DNA of 59,145 nucleotides, the filler included, from Nemertoderma westbladi (lineage: Eukaryota > Animalia > Xenacoelomorpha): the NCBI GenBank assembly GCA_032718475.1. It is 3 parts of 3 records of this genome, joined end to end, with 100 filler letters (N's around TTAATTAATTAA, not from the genome) between each part and the next. Parts side by side here need not be neighbours in the genome. Positions count along the whole stretch, not along the records: positions 45,255 to 59,145 come from JAUCBJ010003318.1; 2 more parts are not named here. One strand, 5' to 3'. The notes under the pieces were generated by a model, which was not told the DNA's origin, searched no databases, and saw only the letters and a program-made list of their open reading frames with translations. This document shows, one piece after another, positions 48,913 through 59,145 of this stretch (position 1 is the first letter of the stretch; the number at the start of each line of letters is the position of its first letter). A program made the translations under genes and the position numbers.

Positions 48913-50155
48913 CTATAGCCTTGACTTGACCTGTTCCACAACAGCTACAACTATGGCTAATGCCAATCCAATGAGAAGAACATAGAACACACCGCTGATA
49001 CTGCTGAGGGCGAGGGGACCCGATTTTTGACTTCCGATGTCAGGCAGACCTTCACAATCTCCCTTGGTTTCCCACCATTTCATCTTTAAGTCAGCTATGA
49101 TCCCCAATTGGCGCAATTTAAGAATGGCAATAGAAAAGGGTCGCCTAAGATAAAAAGTAAACATAATATGTTTAATATTATAACGTTATTATATAATCGG
49201 TTTGCTGCATTGAAGCTGCACATTGAGATGATATGCCGGCTTAACAAAAATATTTTGCCATAACAATGCAATCTACAGTACAAAAGACAAGCTCAAATGC
49301 TATGCAAAAAAATGCTGTTCCGGCTTATCATATCAAAAACGTTGCACCGCCACAACTCCTTATCCACAATGACTTTCGCGAGATTATCCGCATCTTCAAG
49401 GCCAGTGTCCTTTAAGATGCGTCTCAAGAAAGTCATGGGCTGTCCACCATGCTTATTCACTCCATGAGGCTGCCAAAGTACAAGATTATGCACTGGCTGG
49501 TCCTCACGGCGAAAGCAATGTCCTGAAAAGCGGAGGCGATTTTGTTCTAGTGTCAAGCTTGGGGGAACCAATGAGACACCTCCAATGTTATATAGTGTCT
49601 GGTTGGAGATGTGTACATTGTACTTGACACAATGAACCCGGTGCTTAGCATGCCATCCAGAGATTTGTTGTTCTCAGCAGTTAGAGTCCAGCATGGAGTC
49701 ACATACGGGAGTACTGGAACTACTGCTGCTCTAAATAATAGGACCTTAGGTTTCCGATGTATTCTGTGTTGACTTCAAAATCCTGGAAAGCCCAATCAAT
49801 CATAGATTAGATACCTACTGGAAATAGACGTAGATCACAACATAAGTGCATAAGTTTTTAAACAAAACAAAACCAGAAGAGGCGGGATGTGCTAAATATA
49901 CATAGTCACATGACGTTTTAGAAAAAAAATCGATAATTATTGAGGAACTGAATAATTTGTTAATTAATTAATGTAAACCCAGAGAAACTTACGCCCAATA
50001 AAAGTTTTTTTTTGTAGCTATCCCGTATCCTTTCTGCCCCAATTTCTCACCAACCATCATCGTATTACATGGTAACTTATTGTTTATATAGTCATTCTGC
50101 GCGGATTCCATTAAATACGCGTATTTTCCATTGGAAACACGAACTTTCTGGAAAC
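48913..50155 (-). CDS. Ionotropic glutamate receptor (AMPA/kainate-like), two exons: 49993-50155 and ~48913(or 48931)-49144
   Basis: Spliced product: [112 protein letters not shown] (S2 lobe plus M4). GT-AG, phase 2. Other exons not found. Confidence 0.9.
49290..49760 (-). pseudogene. RTE LINE 3' remnant within the iGluR intron
   Basis: [25 protein letters not shown]; same family as 3945-4305. Confidence 0.8.
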
Positions 50156-51744
50156 CTAAAGAATTCTTCAGAAAGTAAAGAAAAAATTATTATTAAAATG
50201 AACATTAGTTACCCCATGAAATTTACATGTGAACATTACACAGCCCCCACACGTATACCTGCCAACCAATCAATAAACACATACACCAACAGCTGTGGTC
50301 CTCCCTGGCTGGCTTATTCCATCCCTATAACCTCATCCCTTCACCCTGTGTTAGCCTCCATTCCCATGAGATGGGTAGTCAAAGCGTAGGGGTACCATTA
50401 ATCAACCTGTGGGGCGAGCCATGAAGTGAGTGAGCCTTAGCGTAGGGGTGCCATTAATCAACCTGTCGTTCTGTTGCTTTTTTTGCGGTGTTCAATTTTG
50501 AACGTTAATAACTCGATCAATCCTCGATGAAATGTAACCAAACTTGGTACACAAATAGTCTGTCAAAAGTTTAGAAATTTTCCAAGTTGAATTTGCTTGG
50601 GGCCTTCGTGCAGCACCAGTGTAACTGTCTTACAGTTATAATAAATTTATTTATCCAAATTTATAAGGCTTGACATCAGCAGGTTGCTAGGAGACTAAAT
50701 CAGCTGGCTTTCTAGCAAATTACAAAATTACAGTACTGCAGTAATAACATTGTGGCCTGTCTGCCTGTACCGGTACTATACTCAATGTCAATCCCTGAAT
50801 CAGGAATCCTGCAATAATCAGACGATACAGCAATACTGCAATACCATACTGTATTCGGTGTTTTACAGTACTGGCTGACTGGTACCGCGGTACCGGTGCA
50901 GTGATTATAGATCATGTATACTGGTACAGGACAGGCTAAATTCTGTAGGCCCTATAATTACTGAATTAGCCATGCTATGCACTGCAGTGCGGACTCCGGA
51001 TCTGGAGTGCTGGACTGCGGTCCTGAATTAGATTAGAGGGTCCATTGGCGCCGTACTGCCCTACTACTGTCAGACTGTAGAACCGGACTGGTAGCAACTG
51101 CCAACTACAGAACTACCGGTACGGTACCGGTACTGAACTACGACAGCACTATACCGCATTTCTACGCTCCTGTCAGCGACGGAAGAAAATGAATTTCTTC
51201 ATTTACGGTTTCTACTCTTGTTAACGGTTAAATATGTTAATTAAAGACTATGTATTGGTACGACCGATGGCACTGGCAACTGTTATTATCAGATGTAGAT
51301 GTACATACCAATCTGCCAATACAACAATAGCAATAGGCCTACCCCTACCAACCATCCATCGACTCGGAAACTGCAACAATGGAAGTTATGCGGACTAACC
51401 AGCTGACCGGCATTCTAAGATCAGGTACCCACTACCAGAGTCTACCCAGCTGCCCAGAAAAGTGTTGGAATTGAAATCAAACAACTCACCACCAAGGCCG
51501 CCTCTGTCTGTTGACCTCGACTTTCGGTATCGCTGCCGCTACGGGCAAACTGGACTAACCATAACCGAGGATGAAATAATCCGGTTTTTTAATCTCACTC
51601 TGCCATCACCCAGTGCCCGGCGGTGTTGAAATTGACACGCATTGTACAAGCAGTAGGCCTATTGCTCCGAGTTTCCGGCTGGTTGGGTGCAACTACTGCA
51701 TCTACATTGCCACACTATAACTCGGGCTCATGAGGAATGAGTGC

Positions 51745-52090
51745 TGCGTAGACTATATTCCTATAAACCAAAACCATACCTGGCTTTGCCTATTGAACGC
51801 ATTATAAAGATCGTCAGTCTTCGTTTAGGAAAGATATTTAAATACAAAACAGGACGAGCACAACGAGACTTATAATGAAGACGAGTACTGCGTTGACTAT
51901 TATTATTATATAAACCACCTGGCTTCACATATTGAACGCATCCCTTGTTATTATTATTATAAAGATCGTCAGCCTGCGTTTAAGAAATATATTTAAATAC
52001 AAAACAGGACGAACTTAACGAGGCTTATAATGAAGACGAGTACCGCGTTTATTATATTCCTATAAACCACATGGCTTTGCATATTGAACA
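51745..52090. repeat. ~135-150-bp tandem repeat, about 2.5 units
   Basis: TATAAACCA..TGGCTT..TATTGAAC and ATATTTAAATACAAAACAGGACGA recur. Confidence 0.7.
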
Positions 52091-52331
52091 TGCGATTGGA
52101 AATAAGTTTGTGCTACCCTTCCGCCCCGTGAGCCCGTGGTGGTAGATGTGGCGGTTATGTATTGGTTGGTGGGAAGGGGAGGGGGGGGGGGGGGGGGGGG
52201 TGCAAGATTAAAAGGGCTCAACACATACTGTCCCCCTTTCTTTGATTGATTGGCAGTGTGGTTAATTTTCTCAAATACTGATTTTGTGATACAGTCGCTC
52301 AATTTTAATTTCTATCTCATAACTGGGCCTC

Positions 52332-52509
52332 GTGCTGCGCGAAGGCCCCACGAAAGTGTCGTTCTGTCGCTCTTTTTGCGGTGTTCAATTTTGAACGTTA
52401 ATAACTCGATCAATCCTCGATGAAATGTAACCAAACTTGGTACACAAATAGTCTGTCAAAAGTTTAGAAATTTTACAAGTTGAATTTGCTTGGGGCCTTC
52501 GTGCAGCAC
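52332..52509. mobile_element. Small element with 18-bp inverted termini; body duplicated at ~50465-50628
   Basis: GTGCTGCGCGAAGGCCCC ... GGGGCCTTCGTGCAGCAC. The same motif ends the HINE-like element at ~38409-38427. Confidence 0.6.
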
Positions 52510-52864
52510 CAGTGTAACTGTAAAAGCTTTTGCGGACATAACATGTCATTTTTACACAATGCGCAGAATACTCTAAAATAGCCCTAAAATTGTTCAACTA
52601 CGCGTCGGAAAGAAATTAGAACCAAGATGACGAAATCTGTCAGCTGATTCTTTGTGTACGTTGAGATTTCTTTGTTTGAGCTTTCGGCCAATCAGAGCAA
52701 TCTTCCCAGTTATGCCAGTAGAGACCTACCTGAGGAAACTAGCGCATGCGCAGTTATCGTTTTTCTGAGAATTAGATTCCTCTCAGAATTCTGTACTAAG
52801 TACGGACGTTTCAGACTTTAGCCCAAGAACATCTGATGGCTGGAGTTATAAGGACGTAAATCTA

Positions 52865-53200
52865 TTAACATTGCATCAGAACCTCATCAGTCTGTCCAGT
52901 CTGCATTCGGTGCTCTTGAACACCCACTGCGCTAAGAGAAAGCTTATCTGCCAAGGCAGTCAGCTCACCTTGTCGCATTGGGGACCCGAGTTTTAGGGTG
53001 TTTACTGAGGCTAGTCTAGTGACTTGCCTCAGATTCACCAATGGCTTTGTTGGTTGGGGTGGAACATGAGAGTAGCCAGAAAGGTTTTGGGCCAGAAAGG
53101 TCATCAGGAAAGGGACTCAAAGAATTGTTGGTTTCTCTCTCTCCAGTAGGGGGTGAGACAGGCAGCCGGTCAGGAGATAACTGACACCTGTGAGGCCGAT
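52865..53200 (-). pseudogene. LINE 5' fragment with AP-endonuclease N-terminus (RTE-like)
   Basis: RLASVNTL..ELTALADKLSLSAVGVQEHR matches APE motifs I-II. Confidence 0.65.
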
Positions 53201-55345
53201 TGTGTCCGGTAATGCGATTATGCCATTTACTGAACGTAATAGCACGCACTATTTTATTTATTTTGATACGGATTTTATTAATGTAAGTATCATAAGTACT
53301 ACCCCATAAGACTAAACCGTAAGTAACCTTAGAGTTTACCAAGCTGTAAAAAAGGGACTTCAAAATAAAAAGAGGTAGTTTGTAACGTATCCAAAAGAAC
53401 AACCCAACTAATTTAGATATACTAGATAATACAGACAAGCTATGGAGCCTTCCAATTTAGCAAATTATCGATTGTAAGCCCTAAGTACTGTACTTAACGT
53501 TTTTGCTATGATTTAAGTCGGAATTCCTAATTTTCACCTTTGGTAATGAATCTAAGTTACGAGGGTCACTGGAGTAAATACAGTAAACAGTTTTGTCGAC
53601 GTTTAACGATAAGCGATTTGTAGAGAACCATTCGGAAAGATGTTCTAAGTCTAGATTGACAATGTTAATTAAATTAGTGGGGCATTGGTGGGAACCAAGT
53701 AAGTTAGTGTCATCCGCAAATAGAACTGTTGAAAGAGATGTATCTAGTGGGAGGTCATTGACATACAGTATAAATAACAATGGACCTAGGATAGAACCTT
53801 GCGGCACACCTGTTGATATTGGTAAATAAGTGGAACGGGTTCCACTTAATTTTACATACTGCGTTCTGGAATCTAGGTAACTACCAAGTAATTTAAGCGG
53901 CAATCCTCGTGTACCATATGATCCCAGTTTACCTAATAAAATCATATCATCAATAATGGTATCGAAAGCTTTATGGAGATCGATATAAATCGCACATCGA
54001 TGGCGGCCTGTAGCTTATATGCTACATCAACTAGAGCATGTGCGGTTGAATGTTTGGTTCGAAAACCGTACTAGTTCTTTGTAATAATTTTAAATTTGTG
54101 GAAAAAACCCGAGAGTTGGTTACACAGGATACGTTCAAGGATTTTTCCAAATACGGAGAGAAGTGAAATCAGTCTGTAATTACCAGGAATATAAGGGGAG
54201 CCGGATTTGTGAACCGGAACTACTTCAGCCACCTTTAGGAAATCAGGGAATACACCTTGGCGGATACAGGAGTTTAGAAGATCTGCCAGACAACCTGCAA
54301 TTGCAGGGGCAGCCAAACGCACTAATTTGATTGGGAAAATATCATTGGATGCCTTTGTTTCAGATCAAGAGTTTAAAGAGTTTAGATTATGATTAGTTTG
54401 ATCGTTATCCCGTTTGTGCTGCAGACATGACATATAGATCGCCCTGTTTGCGGCTGATAGGTGCTCCTTCACGTATAAATCGGGGACAGGAGAAATGCTG
54501 GGAAAGAGCTGGGATACATTAAACTTGGTTTTCTTATTCTTGAGGAATTCACCACGTATGTCGACATCACGGAACTTGCAAACTGTTGGGATGGAGCACT
54601 TACCAGATTTCTCCATAGTTGAAACATGACCAGCGACTAAGACACCTCTTCGTACATTTGAACTTTCGAGACGAGAACAGGAAACGAGAGTACCTTCAGG
54701 AAGGTTGACCCCGAAAAATTGGGAAAAATTATCTACAACACCGGGTAACTGAGATTCAGATACAGAGTTAGGAATACCATCAATAATACTATTTGAACAT
54801 AATTCAGCTTGTTCACGTTTATGGGCTGGAATTTCAAAGGCTGAGATACGTTTTTCCTGATTAGTTACTTGATTTTTCAGTACCTTGTTCTCTTCCACCA
54901 AACTAGAAACAGAATTGCTCAATTCATCATATTTACTACTCAGGTAGATTTGACTCTTTTCAATTCCCTTAACCTTTTTTATTACAGAACCGAGACTCAA
55001 TGAATTGTTTTCGACAGACTTTAAACGACTTTCGACTTTCGACAGACAGGCTTTAAATCCTTCAAACAATCGTAAACCTTGTCAAGCGTAGCCCTACCGC
55101 TTCCAGGACTAGATTCCAGGCCTGATGATGCGGGCGGGTGCGAGTCAGGAGACCGCATCCAATGATTTGGGCCAAGCGCAGACGATAATCGTTTCTCTTG
55201 GCATTTCGGGCACAGGCTGTGTTTGTTGTTTCCCTGCACCTCACAGCAGTCAATACAAAGCGGCATTACGAGTGGAAAGTAATAATTTCAGAGAAAATTT
55301 ACAAAATATCACATATCACAAACCACAGTCGCACTACTGGTACCA
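53200..55345 (-). mobile_element. L2/CR1-group LINE: ORF1 (54365-55266, frameshifted) and RT fragment (53200-54360), endonuclease deleted
   Basis: ORF1 has a Cys-rich N-terminus, coiled coil, IIDGIP and YVKEHLS. RT motifs FPDFLKVAEVVPVHKSG..NYRLISLL, IDL.KAFDT, GVPQGSILGPLLFILYVNDL and LFADDT. Confidence 0.88.
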
Positions 55346-55425
55346 ACCAGTACCGGTACCAGTAGGAGCAGTGCTTACAAGTAGGATAACTGTAGGGCCT
55401 AACAGTTAATACGATGATTTGAGAT

Positions 55426-55535
55426 ACCTTGAAATTTGAAGGTACCTCCCTCCATGCCTACCTTGAAATTTGAAGGTACCTCCCTCCATGGCTACCTTGA
55501 AATTTGAAGGTACCTCTATGGCTACCTTGAAATTT
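55426..55535. repeat. ~34-bp tandem repeat TACCTTGAAATTTGAAGGTACCTCCCTCCATG
   Basis: Three-plus units, each internally near-palindromic. Possibly subterminal repeats of a DNA transposon. Confidence 0.7.
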
Positions 55536-56685
55536 ATCTCGTAGCCAAGTCAAAATTTGTTGTGTTACCGGATTGAAATTTTGAAATTAAGGTTGACCTT
55601 GAAATATTTCAGATTGGATTACTAGTAAGATGGATTCAAGGTTAGTTTCAATGTCAATCTCAAGATTTTTTTAGTTACTCTTCCCTGTTTGCTGAACTAT
55701 GCCTATCCAAGTATAATTTTAATAATAAGCCAACGTTCTGAAATTCTGTGTTCTGGAATTATTTAGAGTTCTCTATTTTGTTGAACTTCTAAACGGTTTA
55801 GATTGTTTAACATATAGCCTACACATTTGTTCGTGATAAGCCATTGTTGCGGCATCCTGGTCATAGCAATCAGGTCAGGTCAGGTATTCTAGGTCAATGA
55901 TCAAGAAAACTTGCCACCTCCATGCAGCATACATGAGGTGCCACCTGTAGCTGCATAGACCCTCTTACTAGGGCAAATCTGGTCCTATAACTAGGACCCC
56001 CCTCGTTCTGGGATAAGGGCGCTCTTGGTCCTGGATTAAGGACCCATATGCTTGGCTGCAGGAGTATATGGCCTGGCCAGGCAGATGGTGATCTACCAAT
56101 GGCTGGTCAGGAGTAGAGTGTTCTCATGTCCACACTGAGTGCGCTTCACTGCGACCTGCACCTGGCAGCAGAGGTACAGGGCATGACCAAGCAGATGAGC
56201 TGCACAGCCAATGGTAGGTCATGTGCGCCAGTGTAGATATGGGTGATGGGCCTCATATCTGACTCCACTGCGACACCCACCCTGTGGAATGGCAAACCAG
56301 GGTGTGGTATTTGCCCCGAGAGCTGACTTTGTATTTAAGCCGGCACAGCATTCTTAAAAATGCTGCTGCAATGCAGCATGCCGATCCTAGTAGGTCATAC
56401 CGATTATAAAAATAATGATCAAAGAGAGCAAGTGTGGATTTATGTTGATAGTAAATTAAATCTCCCAAGAAAAGGTTAGTTTGGTACAACAGCTGTGTTT
56501 TGGGAACTCCTCGTCCCAAATTGTTATTCTCTTTTATTTAAATTGTTCTAGAACATGATTGCTATTATATTTCCAAAAATATATTACATTTTATATAATA
56601 TATAAAATATAATATATTTTCTATAATAAAAAATAATAATAAATATAATATATTTTATAATATATTATATATTGACACTCTAGGG

Positions 56686-57556
56686 TCATTGAAGAAATCC
56701 TTGACTGAATCTTAAACTTTTATACTCCTCTTTCACTTGGCCTTCCACCAGCTTGTGCAACAAATCGTGGAAACCAGTTCCGGCCATTTCTGATGTCTGA
56801 ATAACGTCGTAATTTATCTTTGACGTTCTGTCCACAAATGTCCCATCTCTGTATCTAATGAAGTTGTGTAAGACCACAGCAGTATTCGTCAGAGTAGTGG
56901 TCTTATCTGGATCAACCTTTATTCATCTTTGAAATATCTCAAACTTCTTGGCAAGTATACCAAATGCACATTCTACAGTTCGCTGAACACGGGAATGGTG
57001 GTAATTGTATACTCGATTGTCAGTATCCAGGGTTCGTGCTGCATACGGCTTTAAAATATAAGGCATCAGGGGTAAACTTTCATCACCCACGATTATAAAA
57101 GGAATTTCTTTTCCCCCAGCAACAGTCATTGTATCAGTGGGAATATTGATCTTTCCTTCACTTAGTGGTTTTGATAATTTGGATCATTGGAAAACTCCCG
57201 CATCGCTGATTCTTCCATACTGTCCGCAGTCGACCAGAATCAGCATCACTAAGAGCCCATAAGCACAATACTCGGAAATCCCTTATAGTTATAAAATGTT
57301 GAGTTGGTATTAGCCGGATTATTTAAAGCAATATGGTTTCCATCCGGAGCACCTATGGAAAAAGGATAATCCCATAACTCGCCAAATTTCTTTGCCTATG
57401 TCTTCCAGTCTTCAGTTGTAGGAATTTGGAGTTCTAATGGTTGAAAGACTTCCAGATTGCACAACATGTTTGCTGAATGGCACGAGAGATGGTGAACTTT
57501 GACAAAGCAAATGGAGCAGACATTGAAGCGTAGGATCTGCCAGAGGCCAGATGCCT
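56686..57556 (-). pseudogene. PIF/Harbinger DDE transposase remnant
   Basis: GAPDGNHI..FYNYKGF.SIVL, G..SDAGVF, IVGDESLPL..LKPY, YNY.HSR..RTVECAFGIL..KF and VLHNF. Contains stops and frameshifts. Confidence 0.88.
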
Positions 57557-57770
57557 AGAATTAAACAATTATTTTATTATAATAAATTTTATACATCACA
57601 CAAAATACGAATAATATAATAAATATAAAATTTTGTATATATAAATGACAAGTAATATAATAAATAATTGGAAAATTTTAATTTATTTATTTTATTTACT
57701 TCTATATATAACATTAATAACATTCGTCAGTAATATATTAATTGGATAACAATTTTCCGGGATTACTGGT

Positions 57771-58460
57771 AAATTACAATGGAGATCTCTAACGCAGAGA
57801 TATGCCAACTACTTAAAGATAAAAAATAAATATAGATACGGAGATGATAAGGGAGGTGGATAATTCAAAAGATGGAACCAAGCATCTTCCATGGGCTTTC
57901 TTGACAGATTAAAAGAGTCTAGAGAAACAATGGGAAAGTTGCCATTAGATGATGATGAGCTTCCCGGAGAACATATCGTCGATGAGGAAGAACAAAACAT
58001 TCTTACACAATCCAACATCACCAATGAAGAAGCGACGCTTGTAGGAGTGAAGGCCTATCCAGCATTCCGAAAAAGAGGCGAATGACAATTAAAAACGTCA
58101 ATGAGGATCTCGAAAGGCAGGCCTTAATTGCTGCCTCAAAGGCAATGACAGAAAGTTAAGAGAGAAGACATCTCCACGGCTACTTTTTTTGAAATTATTA
58201 ATGCCACAGGTAGATGCACTATCAGATAAACATTTCTCAAATTTTCAAATCCTGATTATAAATTCACTGCGTAGTGAATCGTAGGCGACTCCACTGTTGT
58301 CAGTTCAATTCAGTAATCCAGATATTTTTACAAATAATGACCAGCAGCACCACCAAGAAGGACAGCAGGCTCAACTATATCACAGGAACGTTCCATCAAC
58401 CGTGTACACCTACATCAATGATGAACCCAAACGAGATAGGCACCAACTCCGAGTTATAAA
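57771..58460 (+). pseudogene. MADF/Myb-like accessory ORF remnant of the Harbinger element
   Basis: The frame from 57771 reads KLQWRSLTQRYANYLK...*FKRWNQASSMGFL (MADF C-terminal W..L...Y and W.....M.FL pattern), followed by an acidic linker. Confidence 0.55.
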
Positions 58461-58514
58461 CCCCGCATTGTACTAATACTACTAATTCTCACAGTAGGCT
58501 ATAGTTGGTATTTA

Positions 58515-58900
58515 AATACACCATGACCCATAATATAGTGTCATTTTCTGTTGACACGGACCAGCGGAGCCCCCCCCCCCCCCCCCCCCCAGATCTTTCT
58601 ACAAATTTTTATCATATTGCTTGAAATTTGAAACACAACTAGTTCAACTCACCGTGGTTGTTACCATGAAGCCGGAATTTTCGATTTTGCCTTTAAATTT
58701 TTTTTATAGGCGTTTTAAAAAAAGTGTCTTTTGCAAAATTGTACCCTCCGTGTCGTGGCCATTCTTCACATTAGTCGTATCATTAGAAAGCTTGCATTGC
58801 AAGGATTCGAAATATGACACTATATTACGGTTCATGCTGTATATGAATTTATCTGCGGTATTTTCTTTTATATTTAAGAAATTTTTCTAATTTTGTTGGC
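58515..58900. repeat. Dispersed MITE-like repeat with poly-C tract
   Basis: Homologous to ~3480-3800 and, inverted, to ~24840-25025. Confidence 0.55.
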
Positions 58901-59145
58901 AATTATTTAAAGTTTACTTATATAAATAATATAATATAACCAAGTTAGAAAGAAAGGATCAACCTTTCAACTCACCTAATAGTTAAGATTAATTGCTGTT
59001 CAGCGGATACCGATGGTCGGTAGATCAGATCGTGTCTGGAGACCTCAGTAGAGGCCCAATCGGCTCAAGAAAGCTCATTACATGTCGAATAAGACATTCT
59101 TGCGTAACTGAAGAACACCTCATCGTCTTTATTATCCATTAAATA

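Noticed and set aside
55870-56340. GC-richer block that may be another LINE 3' end on the minus strand (short CTGAC repeats at its end)
   Set aside because: Too degenerate to assign by eye.

Overview
AT-rich animal (probably invertebrate) genomic DNA with two assembly gaps (24461-24560 and 45155-45254, each containing a TTAATTAATTAA linker). Most of the window is nested transposable elements: two BEL/Pao pieces, a Mag-clade Ty3/Gypsy with 129-bp LTRs, a second Gypsy, RTE-, L2/CR1- and CRE-type LINEs, a Harbinger remnant, a foldback element, MITEs, Helentron-like repeats and tRNA-like repeats. Host genes I could reconstruct by hand, all on the minus strand: BLCAP (single exon), PIGX (3 exons, complete), flower/CACFD1 (first 3 exons) and two exons of an AMPA/kainate-type glutamate receptor. 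The most unusual item is an intronless, broken ORF at about 11.3-13.5 kb. It encodes a Gln/Pro-rich 10-aa/30-aa repeat array followed by four tandem Lin28-like cold-shock domains that carry extra Cys/His residues and lack CCHC knuckles. All family assignments come from motif recognition; no database searches were run.
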